Part shown: piece by piece, positions 11,485-23,291 of the stretch
How the letters are laid out: each line of letters starts with the position of its first letter
Numbering within the stretch: the first letter of the stretch is position 1
Program-made: the position numbers and the translations under genes
DNA from: Piedraia hortae CBS 480.64
Taxonomy: Eukaryota
NCBI GenBank assembly: GCA_010093745.1
Contig: MU005967.1
Coordinates: 62,001-126,000 of the forward strand
DNA: 64,000 bases
Direction of reading: 5' to 3'
The notes under the pieces: generated by a model
What the model was told of the DNA's origin: nothing
The model's input: only the letters and a program-made list of their open reading frames with translations
Database searches by the model: none

Positions 11485-12895
11485 ATGGCGCTGCCGTCGA
11501 CGCAGGCGCCGCTTCGCGATGACTATGCGGGCGACGAGATTAACGCTCTGGTTCTGGATCCCGGGAGTCACACGACGCGTGCAGGGTTCGCCGGCGAAGA
11601 TCTTCCCAAGAGCGTCGCGCCTACAAACTACGGCGAAATCGATGGTGAACGCGTCTTTGGCGACAATGCCATCCATGTACCGCGCGCCGGAATGGAAATT
11701 AAGAATCCTTATGATGCCGACGGCGATGTCTACGACGTTGACGCCGCGGCGAAGCTCTGGGAATGGACCATTACTTCGCGTCTTACCGGACCCAGCGAAA
11801 CGCCGCCGCATAAGAACGGGCTGAACGACACCAAGGATGAAAGCGGGGACGTGGTCATGGATGACGGCGGTGTAGAGAAGCCGCTCGCTGATTTTCCGCT
11901 CCTTATGAGCGAGTCGGGCAGCCTGTCGCCCAAGACCCGGGCGCGCATCCTGGAGATTGCCATGGAGGACTGGGGCGTTCCGGCCTACTTTGTTGCAAAG
12001 TCCGCCCAACTCGCCGCCTACGCCAATGGAAAGGCTACGGCGCTCGTCGTCGATGTCGGTCACCGCCAGAGCAGCGTGACGGCCGTATGGGAGGGCATGG
12101 TGCTCAAAAAAAGTGCGTCTTTCATATCATATTTTCACATTTTCCTGACTGTATATACATATAGGTCATTTCCGCAGCCCTCTTGCCGGGGAATTCATCA
12201 ACTCCCAGATCCGCAAGCTATTTGCCAGCCTCGCGCCGCCCGTGCCCATTGTACCCTACTACAGGGTCCAATCTAAGCTGGCTGTTGAGCCCGGCAGCCC
12301 GGCGCAGGCAACATACGCCAGCTACGACAACATCCGCCGCAGCTTCAATGCGCAGGAAGAAGATCAAGTGCTGCACAGCTTCAAGGAGTGCGTGGTACAG
12401 GTATGGCCAGGTCCTGGACGGCTGGAACACGGCATTGAAGCCGCCCGCCACACGCCTCCGCGTCCCTTCGAGATGCCCGATGGCTATCACAACGTCTTTG
12501 GCCTTGAACGTTACCAACTCGCTGAGCCTCTCTTCGACGCCCGTGCCGGAGGAGATACGAACATCAATTCCCAAGATACCCTCCCCTCTCTCGTCCACCG
12601 TGCCCTCAACAACTGCGATGTTGAGACGCGCCCGACCCTGCTCAGCAACGTCGTCGTCACCGGTGCTGGAAGCCTTCTGGATAGACTCCCCGAACGCCTC
12701 CAGGCCGATGTCCAGGCTCTGTACCCCAACCCCCGCGTCCGCGTTATCGCTCCATCTACCTCCGCGGACCGCAAATTCGCACCCTGGCTAGGCGGCTCGA
12801 TCCTTGCTTCGCTCGGGTCGTTTCACCAGATGTGGATTTCGAGAGATGAGTATAACGAGGTTGGCTCGTCGATTGTGGAGAAGAGGTGCAAGTAA
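11485..12895 (+). CDS. ARP4: Actin-related protein 4 (NuA4/INO80/SWR1 subunit); 2 exons
   Basis: DEINALVLDPGS..RAGFAGED start and WLGGSILASLGSFHQMWIS..EKRCK end; intron 12113-12164 gives VLKKSHFRSPLAGEFI. Confidence 0.93.
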
Positions 12896-15157
12896 TGAAA
12901 GTTGTAACTGTAGCGTGTGGAGTTGGGAGCGGGTTCGAGGTCTGGATGGGTTGTTTCAATGCATTCGTAGAGTGTGACAGATTAAGCAAGACGATGGCTA
13001 ACGATGTGGGTTTGGTCGGTCGTCTATGATTTAGACATATCCTGATGTCTTCTTGTACTCACAAGTCAATGGATCCTAAACATGACTATTCTCATCCCTC
13101 CATTGTTGTGAATTGCCTCACACATTCTGTGGGTGTCGGCATTTAGACCCTCGAGGATAGTAACCTATGACACCTCTCAACACGAGCTGTGCCTCCGACA
13201 CGAAAGACTCCATGGTTTTGCACCCACGCGGAAATCCCCAGTACGATATTGATTTCCCCTCTTCACGTTGATTCGGGGGACTCCTTAAATATACCTACAC
13301 GTGTCTCGTTGTGATCATTCGTTCCCAGTGTTTTCTTTTTTCTCGGTAGGGCTAACTCTAGGTTACCAGTTCTCCAAATTTTATTTCCAGAATACTCCCT
13401 CGGGCAGTACATATCAAAACTACTCGTTTGTGAAGTATCATCCTGGGCACCTGGTTACTTGGAGTTCACATAAGAACTGTGATGTGGTATATATATGACC
13501 AGTCACCTGCCTCTTCGTGGGAAGGTTAGTTGATGGAAAGTAATTGCTCTTCAGTGTCCACCTCATGCTTATTCTGTTTGGCCCATTGTGCAATTTCCAC
13601 TGGTGCTGTGGTAGCTTAACCTGTCGTGGTTAATTTTTTCGATAGTTTGTGTTCGGTCATGTTAAATACGAGTGATGGGTGCACTGGAGCCCACAAACCC
13701 ATTTTCTGGAGAAAGTCAGGGTTGGTGGTTTTGGAGATGATGGCTCTTCCACAACTGTCTGAGGATGGCTAAAAAAATACGAAACAGAAAATCGGAGTTT
13801 TTTGAGGGTTTGACTCGTTCTTGGTGCGTATACTACACTTGAATAGGTTAGAAAGGAGGACGGGCTTGGAGAATTGACCCCCGACGGGGTTGAATATCCT
13901 GGCTTCTTTGTGATACGTTTACGGAAGTTACCAGGAAAGTAAGAAATACCTGGGGTATTCCAAATACCTCAGTCCTGTTCATCTGGGTCCTCGTGGAAGA
14001 GACACGGGTTTCGTGAACGAGCCACCCTGTCTAAACAATCCAGATTAGAGGAAGAAGGAACCAAATTTCCAGCGGAGGACAAGATTGAGATATACATGGT
14101 TTCATCATCAGAGAGCGAGACGACGAAAGGAAGAACACGATATTACTTCGAATAACACCCACCCAAACCAAAGGAGGACTGTGAAGTAATCATTCTGCAT
14201 TGAGCACAGAGCGTATGCCATCACGTATGCTTAGGATATCACCTACCCTTTAAACACTACTTGTATCAATACCTTAGCAATGGTGATCAAACAACAGGAC
14301 AACGATACCGTCAAGTGGCACTCAACCCCTTCCCTTCCTTTTCCACTGACATGTCTATCCACCCCAAAACGTTCTCGTGCTCACACACCTATCCAACACC
14401 ACAGACTTATCGACATACTTCAAAGACACTTTCCAGTCGAACCCAGATAGAGCAGATCAACTCGTCAATACATCCACTCACTCACATTAAATCCAGATGC
14501 CTCCCGACGTGGAACCCATACTTAACCCGCTACGAAAATAAAACCGCTATCCCAAAGGTTCCCTCAAAATCCTAAAACCCACCCTCAAATCGGCAGAATT
14601 GATCACAAAGTGAAACCCCCAATTTCAAGGAAAAAGCAGGGAATAGGTATTCCACAACGCAACAATGTGCTCAAATATAATGTCCCAGAAACCCAGCCAT
14701 GCATACACATCTCACAGCAAGATTTAATTGAAAAGAACCGAGCTTTCCCGCAACAATTCCACATACCAACCCTCTCTTCCGACGTTGAAATCATATCCTG
14801 CCTCTGTGCAAAAAAATATTTGGTCAGAACTTCGTCTGTTCCAAAGCCTTGGAGTCTCGCGTGTTCCTTCTGGTGACTGTCAATTTTCAAAGAGACCAAC
14901 CAGCCAGCCTCGTCCGTGTTTGCTTCTAACCTATAAAAATTCCACATCCACCAACCCGTTCTTCCAACGAAATGAGAGCCGGCTCCCATGCAAAATATTT
15001 GGGATAGGACTTCGCACCCCCACGTGTTCCAAGGTTTTACGAGTTTTTTCTCGGACCCCTCACTATCAACCTCCAAAGAGACCATCCGCCAGCCTTGCCC
15101 ATGTTTGCACCCAATCCATGACGCATGTGTCTCTGCATAAAAAAAACATCAGATCAA

Positions 15158-15228
15158 TGCATCGGCCGGGAATCGAACCCGGGTCGGTCCGATGGCAACG
15201 GACCATTATACCACTAAACCACCAATGC
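15158..15228 (-). tRNA. tRNA-Gly (anticodon GCC), intronless
   Basis: GCATTGGTGGTTTAGTGGTATAATGGTCCGTTGCCATCGGACCGACCCGGGTTCGATTCCCGGCCGATGCA folds as a cloverleaf with A/B boxes; a T8 Pol III terminator follows (15139-15146). Confidence 0.96.
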
Positions 15229-15442
15229 CATTCATGTCAATGGCTTAATTGAACAACAACTATATCCCAACTCTGAAGTTAAACTTCCATCATCCATCGC
15301 ACACCTCCCTTTTATCTCTAGACATCAGATCCCAACTCCTCAAAAGAAAGATCAAGCACATCTCTCCAACCCACGACATTGCAACTTGTGGAAAAAAAAA
15401 ACACCCCACGAATTGCATTCCCCCCACTTCATAGCAAGTTCA

Positions 15443-18400
15443 CTACGTAGCCTTAACAACTCTATCTGAACAACCCTCCAACTTCTCTCTCAATTGCTCT
15501 AGGACCTTCTTCCTCCTCTCCCTCCTCTTCTGGAGAGTCTCGACTTCGTCCTCTGCTGGTGGGGCAACTAAAGCATTCCTCATCGAGGAGCGAAGCGATC
15601 CGCGAAGCGGCCCTGGCACAACCTCCCCTCGCAGCGAACCACGAAGCGTCTCCCTACGCATAGATCCACGCATCGAAGCACGAAGTGTCTCCCCCCGCAT
15701 CTCCCTCCCAGAAGTCCTCAACATAGCACTCAACCCCAGCGCGTGATCGCCCTTTCTCCCCGAAGACGGCGGGAGTTTAGTGGCCTTTAACCCCTCCACA
15801 AGTTCATCTTCGTATTCCTCCTGCAGGAGCAGTGCACCAGGCGGTAGCCTCTTAATCTGCGCTTCGAGAAGGTCAATATCCCCCGATTTATGCTCAATCA
15901 TTGTCGTCATCTTCAAAATCGTGTTTCGAACTGCTTCGATGGTGGGTGGTTGACAGGTTGAGTTGTTTTTGGGGGAAGAGAGGTCAGCGCGGAGGATGGT
16001 CATTAGTTCTTCGAGTTTGGCGAGGAGGGATTGGGCTTTTTGCATTGAGTGCCGGAGTTCGGATTGTTGGGTTTGGGTTTCTGCTGGTAAGGGGGCGGTG
16101 AAGGATAAGGGTAGGTAGGCTTCGCCTTGTTTTGCGTCCTGGGTAAGACGGATTTGTTTTCTAATTTCGGAGATGCGGAGGTGGAGGGCTTGGAGGTTTG
16201 AGGTTTGGGTTTTGAGGTTGGAGAGGGTTTCGGGGACGTTGGGGAGGGTATTGATTTCGAGACGTTCGTTGGTTTGGTCTAGCATATCGCTTAGAGCGCC
16301 GATCTCGCCTAGGACCCAGCCGTCGTCGTCGATTTCGCGGAGGGGGTCCGTGAGGTGCGTGTGGCCTTCTACGAAACCTTTGAGGGCGTGCGCGTTCAGG
16401 CCAAAGGTGTCGAGCATGCTGTTGATGTCGCGGTAGACTTTTTCAATTTGGCCCCCGATACCGGGCTTTTCGGTAGAGTCGAGGTAGCCTTGGTGCGCGA
16501 GGAAGGGGGGCATGTCTTTTGTCATTTCGGGTTCCCGAGAGAGAAGCTCGCGGATGCGGGCGTCTTCTTCGTCTTGTAGCTCGCCTTCGGTGGGTTCACG
16601 GTCTTCTTCTTCTTCTTCTTCGTCCTCTTCGTCTTGTTCAGGCAGGCCTGGAGGCACCTCGATGCGTGCTGGACGGGGTAGGTTGGGTGTCGAATACTGG
16701 CTCCGTTTCAACGACTGCTTTCTCGGCTGACCCGCGCTCTGTGGACGTTGTGGGCTCGGGGAATGGGGAGATTCTTGCTGAGGCGGTGAAAAGTAGGCGG
16801 GTGGCAGACCAGCTGGTGTGAAGCTTTTGGGCTTCTTTTGCGTAGCCGGAGTCGTCGATTCTGGTTCTGTGCCAGGAGATGCCGATTGAGATGGAGCTGA
16901 AGTGTTTTCCTCCGTGTCACCTCCAGGCTCATCATCCCAATCATCTTCTGGCGGGCCCTGCAATTCCAATGCATCCTTGGCAAGATCAGTTGGCGGTGAC
17001 CCGACCAGAGGAGCATCAGGAGATTTAGAACGTTCAGTTGCAGGTGTTCTGGCCTGTTCAGGTGCAGATGAACGGGATTTTGTCCCCTCAGGCTTCACAC
17101 TTTTAGGCGGAGGAGTCTTGGCGCGCTCAGACTTGACAGGTTCAGGCACATCCACAGGAGGCAAGTCGCCTTTGAACCTGCTGGGCATCTTGGTCGGCAC
17201 AGCACTGTCACCCGCAAGGGGAACATCTTTCGATTTTGACTCATCCTTGTCAGTTTCCTTTTGGGTCGGTTTCGCATCCAAAGATTGACCAAAAGCACTT
17301 CCAAAGCTGAACTGAGGCGAGCCCGTAGGTTTAGGTTCATCTTTATCGCTGCCTTCCCCTTTAGACGCATTTCCATCGCCCTTGAACGAACTCTCCAACT
17401 TGAAAGGAGTGGTTGAGCCAAGAATCCCCCGAGCTTGCTTTGGAGGTTCCGCCTTGGCCGGTTCAGACGGCTTCTCCTCGTCCATGCTCTCCTCTATGGT
17501 GTCTGTCTTGCCACCCTGAGGTGCTGAAATCTCCTTCGAGGCAGTATTGCCCAAGAAAGACGAAGCGCCAAACGCCGCCGATTGAGCAAATGGACTTGCA
17601 TTCGACGCATTGCCACCAAAGGAAGTTGCAGTTTTCAAATGCTTCTCAGACGAGGTAGGATTCGCGAAAGAACTAAGCTGCATCTGGTTGGACGGAGATG
17701 ATTGATTACCACCAAATGCCGAATTGTTTTGGGAAGATGTATTGTTCTGTGCGCTCCATGGAGAAGTCTTTTGTCCTGTAGCCCCTAACTGTCCAAAGCC
17801 GCTGACTAGTCCACTGTTGCCCAGAGATGATGCTGATCCAAACACTGGCTGCTGCTTGGCAACGGGAGACACAGACGCAGCCCCGGATTCAGAGCCCCAG
17901 ATCGACTGCCGACCGCCCAGCGCAGAGGCATTGCCAAAGGCGGGAGTACTGGGCTGACCAAAAGCGGGAGTACTGGGCTGACCAAAGGCGGGAGTGCTAG
18001 GCTGACCGAATGAAGGAGCACTAGACTGACCAAAGCCCGGTGCGCTGGGTTGACCAAATGCAGGAGCGCTGGGCTGTCCAAAGGCGGGTTGACCAAAAGC
18101 CGGCTTCCCAAACGCTGGTTGCGAGGGCGTCTGAGATGCGGACTGCGGCGTCCCAGAAGGAGTAGACGCCGCGCCAAACGGTGATGCTCCAAAAGCCGAT
18201 TGCCGTGGAGCCTGTGCCGGCGTTGCAGACTTCTGAGTGGCCGAATCTGCCGGTCTTGGCCCTCCAGCAGCCACAAGATCTGGGTAAGTGGTTTGCTGCT
18301 TGATCGAATCTCGGTAGATGATATACCACATGCCCAACACGCCCTCGTTGTTCAACACCCAAAGAGCCGGCACCGGCCCAGAAGACTCTTCCAACATTTC

Positions 18401-19675
18401 ATCTTCAGGTATCGGTCTTTTGACCCTTTCCTGGACGCTCAGGTCAACCGCCATGCCGATGGGCGAAGTGTCCATAATCTCCATTCCGGTGCTCATGATG
18501 CTCATGGGCATAGTGGCCCGGCGGGTGTCGATGGGGGTTGTAGCTGTGAAGGTACCAGTGACTGGATTGTCTCTGGCAAGCGGCGCCTTGGCCTTTGTCA
18601 TGGCGCCAACGCTGTCAGAGAGGGTTGAGACGATGAACAGCATGTCATCAATGTTTGGCGGCCAATCACGCAGCCGTTGGATAAAGTAGTTGGCCGGCAC
18701 CCGTCCACCATCTATGAATGGAGGTGTGGGATCAATGACGCGCCGAAAGGTCCAATGAGTGCTCCTGGGGTTCTCCCGGGTGGCAATATGGAAGATACTG
18801 TCATCGGTAGGCGCACTAACACCACGAGGTCGCTGAGGGTCTGGCGGGGGGTTAACAGGCGTGTGCACCAACAAAAACTCATTCGTCTCAAGCCAATATA
18901 TGGACAACAGTGGCTGGGCCAGAGCACGACTATCAACGGCTGCAGCCAGTCCGGGAGGCACGGGGATTTCACCCTTGATGTTCCCCTGGGGATCGATCTG
19001 AACGGCTGTTGCATCGTTGCGGCCAGCCACAATCTGCTTGCCCAGTTTGGACCAACACGCAGAGGCTACGTTCTCATGGAAAACGGGAGTTTGATTGGCT
19101 GCGTTGACAAGTTTTCGTTCCTTGAGGTTTGCCAGCAACAGCTGTCCTTCATCCAGCACCAGAGCGACAACATGGGCCGTGTTCTCCGATGAATTGGGGT
19201 TGGGCAGCAGATGGCGCACTCTGACATTATTTGTGCCAATTTGGAAATCTGGCTGAGTCCTACCGTTTGTGATGCCGTCTACATCATAGACAGCGAGACC
19301 TCCGCCAGTCTCTGCTGCAATAATCAAGTACTTTTCGTCGCTTGTAAAGGCAACCTGGTTGACGCGGGGAACTTCAAGAGTGGCCTCTGGCTGGAACTTC
19401 CTGACGCGATCCGTGGCTGGCTGATGATTGATAAACATGTTTCGCACGCTCTCCGTCTTGGCCACAACGAGTGAACGAGGCCCGGCCGCAGCTACCAATC
19501 CTTTGCGCGAGGCGACGCTGAGCAAAGATGCCGAAGGCGGAGGCTCGTTGTTCGTGGGCCATGGCTCTGGAAGAAGTCTGACCTTGTCTTCGTTGCTCAG
19601 CGCGATCTGGAAACCGAGCTGTTCGGTGCTAATCTCCACCAACTCCGGGCCTTCCTGTGCCGTTGCAACAGACAT
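15443..19675 (-). CDS. NUP159: FG-nucleoporin Nup159/Nup214
   Basis: N-terminal beta-propeller (SASLLSVASRKGLVAAAGP, WSKLGKQI), central PAFG/SFG repeats, acidic linker, C-terminal coiled coil; likely ATG at 19675 (MSVATAQEGPEL). Confidence 0.92.
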   Translation of the reverse strand: MSVATAQEGPELVEISTEQLGFQIALSNEDKVRLLPEPWPTNNEPPPSASLLSVASRKGLVAAAGPRSLVVAKTESVRNMFINHQPATDRVRKFQPEATLEVPRVNQVAFTSDEKYLIIAAETGGGLAVYDVDGITNGRTQPDFQIGTNNVRVRHLLPNPNSSENTAHVVALVLDEGQLLLANLKERKLVNAANQTPVFHENVASACWSKLGKQIVAGRNDATAVQIDPQGNIKGEIPVPPGLAAAVDSRALAQPLLSIYWLETNEFLLVHTPVNPPPDPQRPRGVSAPTDDSIFHIATRENPRSTHWTFRRVIDPTPPFIDGGRVPANYFIQRLRDWPPNIDDMLFIVSTLSDSVGAMTKAKAPLARDNPVTGTFTATTPIDTRRATMPMSIMSTGMEIMDTSPIGMAVDLSVQERVKRPIPEDEMLEESSGPVPALWVLNNEGVLGMWYIIYRDSIKQQTTYPDLVAAGGPRPADSATQKSATPAQAPRQSAFGASPFGAASTPSGTPQSASQTPSQPAFGKPAFGQPAFGQPSAPAFGQPSAPGFGQSSAPSFGQPSTPAFGQPSTPAFGQPSTPAFGNASALGGRQSIWGSESGAASVSPVAKQQPVFGSASSLGNSGLVSGFGQLGATGQKTSPWSAQNNTSSQNNSAFGGNQSSPSNQMQLSSFANPTSSEKHLKTATSFGGNASNASPFAQSAAFGASSFLGNTASKEISAPQGGKTDTIEESMDEEKPSEPAKAEPPKQARGILGSTTPFKLESSFKGDGNASKGEGSDKDEPKPTGSPQFSFGSAFGQSLDAKPTQKETDKDESKSKDVPLAGDSAVPTKMPSRFKGDLPPVDVPEPVKSERAKTPPPKSVKPEGTKSRSSAPEQARTPATERSKSPDAPLVGSPPTDLAKDALELQGPPEDDWDDEPGGDTEENTSAPSQSASPGTEPESTTPATQKKPKSFTPAGLPPAYFSPPQQESPHSPSPQRPQSAGQPRKQSLKRSQYSTPNLPRPARIEVPPGLPEQDEEDEEEEEEDREPTEGELQDEEDARIRELLSREPEMTKDMPPFLAHQGYLDSTEKPGIGGQIEKVYRDINSMLDTFGLNAHALKGFVEGHTHLTDPLREIDDDGWVLGEIGALSDMLDQTNERLEINTLPNVPETLSNLKTQTSNLQALHLRISEIRKQIRLTQDAKQGEAYLPLSFTAPLPAETQTQQSELRHSMQKAQSLLAKLEELMTILRADLSSPKNNSTCQPPTIEAVRNTILKMTTMIEHKSGDIDLLEAQIKRLPPGALLLQEEYEDELVEGLKATKLPPSSGRKGDHALGLSAMLRTSGREMRGETLRASMRGSMRRETLRGSLRGEVVPGPLRGSLRSSMRNALVAPPAEDEVETLQKRRERRKKVLEQLREKLEGCSDRVVKAT
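17930..18120 (-). repeat. Coding tandem repeat for PAFGQPS(T/A) FG units in NUP159
   Basis: Imperfect 24-bp units such as aaaggcgggagtactgggctgacc. Confidence 0.8.
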
Positions 19676-20054
19676 TCTGGGCGGCCGATTCCCCAATGCA
19701 ATGTCGCTTGGCGGTAAATAGGAGCGCAGTTGCTCCAAACGAGAGGGCGAGCCGCTGAGTCCGAGTGGGTGTGACGTTGTTGGAATGCGCTCCTTTGCGC
19801 CGAGGAAATCGCGTCGGTCAAGTCGCGTCGGTGGGCCTGACGCAGCTAAGCGCGCTAGGCCCAAAGCTAGCTGTATTCGTGCTAGACTAATTGCCGATCC
19901 GTGCTAGCGTTTTTCGGCCGCGCCTCACCAGAACAGAGTAGCAAGGTACATTATTCGCGACGAGGAGGAGAGAGAACAGATGACATTTGTATGATAGTAC
20001 AATACCGTCAGCCTAGAGTTTCTGACCTTAACTATCTACAATACCTTTGGTAAA

Positions 20055-21176
20055 CTACTTGAACTTTGCAATATTGGCCTTGATAACCTGCACAGCCGGC
20101 TTATTCGACCCATCAGTTCGACGAAGGCCAAAATGGTTTTCTGGATCCACAGTTCCTCCCTCGTCCAGGCTATCATGAACCTCATATGCAAATAGCGGGC
20201 CCAACCAAGATGTCTTGGCATATTCCTCGGCTCCACTCTTGTAGACGAGCGACTGCCAGCTTTCATCCCTCGTCAGGCCGCCCTGGTCAGCCGAAAACTT
20301 GTAATTATCAGTCGTCGTGCCGAACTCGGTGACCCAGACAAACTTGGCCGAGTCGCCGTTATTGACCATCATCTTGCGCGTTTCACGCATCATCTCCCAT
20401 CCGTCCCACGGATTGGTCGAGCTGGGCGGGTCGTGAACGGGATAAGCGTGGAGGCCGAGTGAGGTGAACTTGTTCTTGAAGCCGCCCGAGTAGAGACTGG
20501 TGAGAAACTCCTGCGGCGTCCACATCTCGTTGGGCTTGGGCGTGTGATTGTAAATGGTGGCCAAGCCAGCACTGACGATGTTGTATGATGAGTCAACGGC
20601 CCAGAGAGCATCTGCACCGGCTGCCAACAGTTTTCCGTATTGGGAAAGGCTGACACCAGTCTGCCAGAAGCGTTGCATGTTGGGCTCGTTCCAGATTTCG
20701 AAATCCTTTACGCCCCAGCCCTTTGCACGACAGTGTTGAGCCACCTTCGTTGCAAATGTGGCAAAGTACTTGTTGTCGGTGGGCGGATAGTACATTCCGG
20801 CATCGCCGGACGGCGCGCCCGAAGGCTTGGCCCAATCTGGCGTCGACGTTAGGAGCACCAGGATTTTCTTGCCGTGCTTGTGGGCAGCTTGCATGGTAAG
20901 ATCAAAGCCCGTCCAATCGAAACTGTCCTTGCCGCCGGCTTGGATCTGCTTTTACCATGCCGGGATGCGCTCCCAGGTTGCACCAATGTCGTCGGCAAAC
21001 TTTAGGTCCTGTTCAATGAGAGCACTTCCCTGCCATTCATTGAGCCATTGAAGACCAAGGCCTCGCTGGTTGGCTACCGCTCGAGTTCTAGGAGCCGCAT
21101 GGTTTTCGACGGGAGCTGCTGCAGCCCAGCCCGCAAAGGGAAGGGTGGAGAAGATACCGTACAATTGTCACTTCAT
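20055..21176 (-). pseudogene. Secreted clan GH-A glycoside hydrolase (GH5/GH39-like), intronless, with two in-frame stops
   Basis: One frame runs from ATG 21176 to stop 20055: MK*QLYGIFSTLPFAGWAAAAP (signal peptide)...WERIPAW*KQIQ...FEIWNEPN...LHAYP...WVTEFG...ENHFGLRRTDGSNKPA. Stops are TGA at 21170-21168 and TAA at 20954-20952. Confidence 0.85.
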
Positions 21177-22136
21177 CCTGCGATGCTCTTGGTGGCACAG
21201 TTTAAGGCTTTATACCGAGAAGACTAAGAAGCCATCCGCAAGGCTGTCGCCAGCAAGAATGAACCTACACCGAGATGGAAGCTCATGACCAGGGATATGG
21301 ATCAAGGTTTGGTCCATTCCTTTGGCCGTAGGCTGTGGTGGAGCACGAACAAAAGCCACAAACAAAATGGCGTAGCTGTTGAATATGATTGAAACGTTAC
21401 GCTTCGGAACCAGACTGTCCAGATTCACTTCGCCATGAGGATGGTAGTTGAAGAATGGAGCAAAATCACCGGTGTATTCTTCCTAATTTGAACAATCTGC
21501 CCTTCTTGGTCATGGGCTCTCGTGGAGTACGAGCAAAATCCACTAGCACGATGGCGTCTTAAACGTGAGGGGAACGTTATGCCCTGGAAGTAGACTGCCT
21601 TGGTTCACTCCGCCATGAATATAGCAGTGGATGAACGTGGAGCGAAATAATCGAACCACTCGAGCAGTTGATGTCGGCCAAGTTGCCATCTGGCAGAAGG
21701 AGGCTTGGGACCGCCATTCCTCGGCAAGGCTCGTTGGGCTTGAATTTTATTACCAAAGAAGGGATGTGTTTGCTAAAGGTCACCAACGAGTGAGAAGGGC
21801 CGCAGGTCATCCCGATTTACCGGAGCAGGATGATGGAGAAACAGAAGGAGGGAAACGTTGGCTACCCGGTGGGCAGTGTTTGCGATAATCGTGAAGCCCA
21901 ACCGGGAATGTATGTCACGCTACCGGGCATAGCAATATTGATTTCAGATCGTTGGAGTTTTCCAAGATCTATGTGCGCCAAGATGAGATATCTTAACGTC
22001 ACAATTTTCACCTTGGGTACGGCCCGCTTCTCGACGTGGTGTCACACGACGCTAGCAGACGTGGTAACGCTAGCAGACAAACTAACGCTAACGTACGGTA
22101 AACCGACCTCACTCTACCGCAGCGACCAACACAACC

Positions 22137-23010
22137 ATGGGAGGCCTAGACTTTTCCAATCACAATCGCAATCTTGCGCTCCATGCGAGGGGAGTTGCAC
22201 TTCCAAAAGCCACATCTACTGGAACGACCATTGTTGGCTGTCTATTCGATGGCGGAGTGGTGATTGCGGCCGATACCAGGGCCACTTCTGGGCCGATCGT
22301 AGCGGACAAGGTAAGCGCTCAAGCGTTATCCAGACCCTCCGCTAACTGCTTAGAACTGCGAAAAACTACACTACATCTCTCCTCAAATATGGTGCGCAGG
22401 GGCAGGAACGGCGGCGGATACCGAGTTCACAACGGCGCTTATCTCGTCCAACCTGGAGCTACACAGTCTTTCAACCGGTCGCAAGCCGAGAGTTGTCACG
22501 GCCATGACGATGCTGAAGCAGCATCTGTTTAGGTATCAAGGGTACATTGGCGCATATTTGGTCGTTGCCGGATGCGATCCCACTGGCAGCCACTTGTTCT
22601 CTGTGCACGCGCACGGATCAACAGATAAGCTGCCATACGTCACGCTGGGCTCAGGCAGTCTGGCTGCCATGAGCGTGTTTGAGACGCAGTGGAAGGGGTC
22701 ATTGACACGCGACGAGGCAGTGAAGCTGTGCTCTGATGCGATCCAAGCTGGTATCTTCAACGATCTCGGATCGGGAAGCAACGTTGACGTCTGCGTCATC
22801 ACACCAAACAAGGCACACATGATGCGCAACTACCTGACGCCAAACACGCGGGAGAAGAAGCAGCGCGACTACAAGTTTGCACGTGGCACGACGGCGGTGC
22901 TGAACGAGAAGATTATCACAAAACAGGAGATTCGAAAGTACGTAACGGTCGAGGACGTGGGCGAGATAGGCGAGACGGCAGTTGGGGAACGTATGGACGT
23001 GGATCAGTGA
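22137..23010 (+). CDS. PUP1: 20S proteasome subunit beta-2; 2 exons
   Basis: STG|TTIVG propeptide cleavage site, [14 protein letters not shown], intron 22311-22353, [18 protein letters not shown]. Confidence 0.96.
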
Positions 23011-23291
23011 TTGCAGAAACGTAATAATAGGTACAACAGCTGTCTACCTCCAATATGGAGTTCTCGTTTGATGTTGTTGACGGAGTGGGGAAACTCGAGG
23101 GGTCGTGTTTTGAGTTGCCGTAAATGGCTAGTGTATCAAAGATGACAGACGCGCGCTTGAGCGCGTGATTGCGACACGGGCAGCCATGTATAAATTGCGC
23201 TCCCCCCGACGGAGTCGGGGGTCTTTCACACTTTTTTTCCCCAGATATCTCTTCATCACTATCAATTCAGTTTCACAAACCAGGATTCACT

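Noticed and set aside
19676..19864. N-terminal extensions in the ORF track (NUP159, and likewise POL2, GUP1, RRP6, AMSH, MTQ2)
   Set aside because: They come from upstream, mostly non-ATG starts that run into promoter DNA; recognisable conserved sequence begins at the downstream ATG.
20923..20955. Possible GT..AG intron that would remove the TAA in the glycoside hydrolase
   Set aside because: Only 33 nt, no branch site, shorter than any intron here, and it would delete the conserved WxxI motif.
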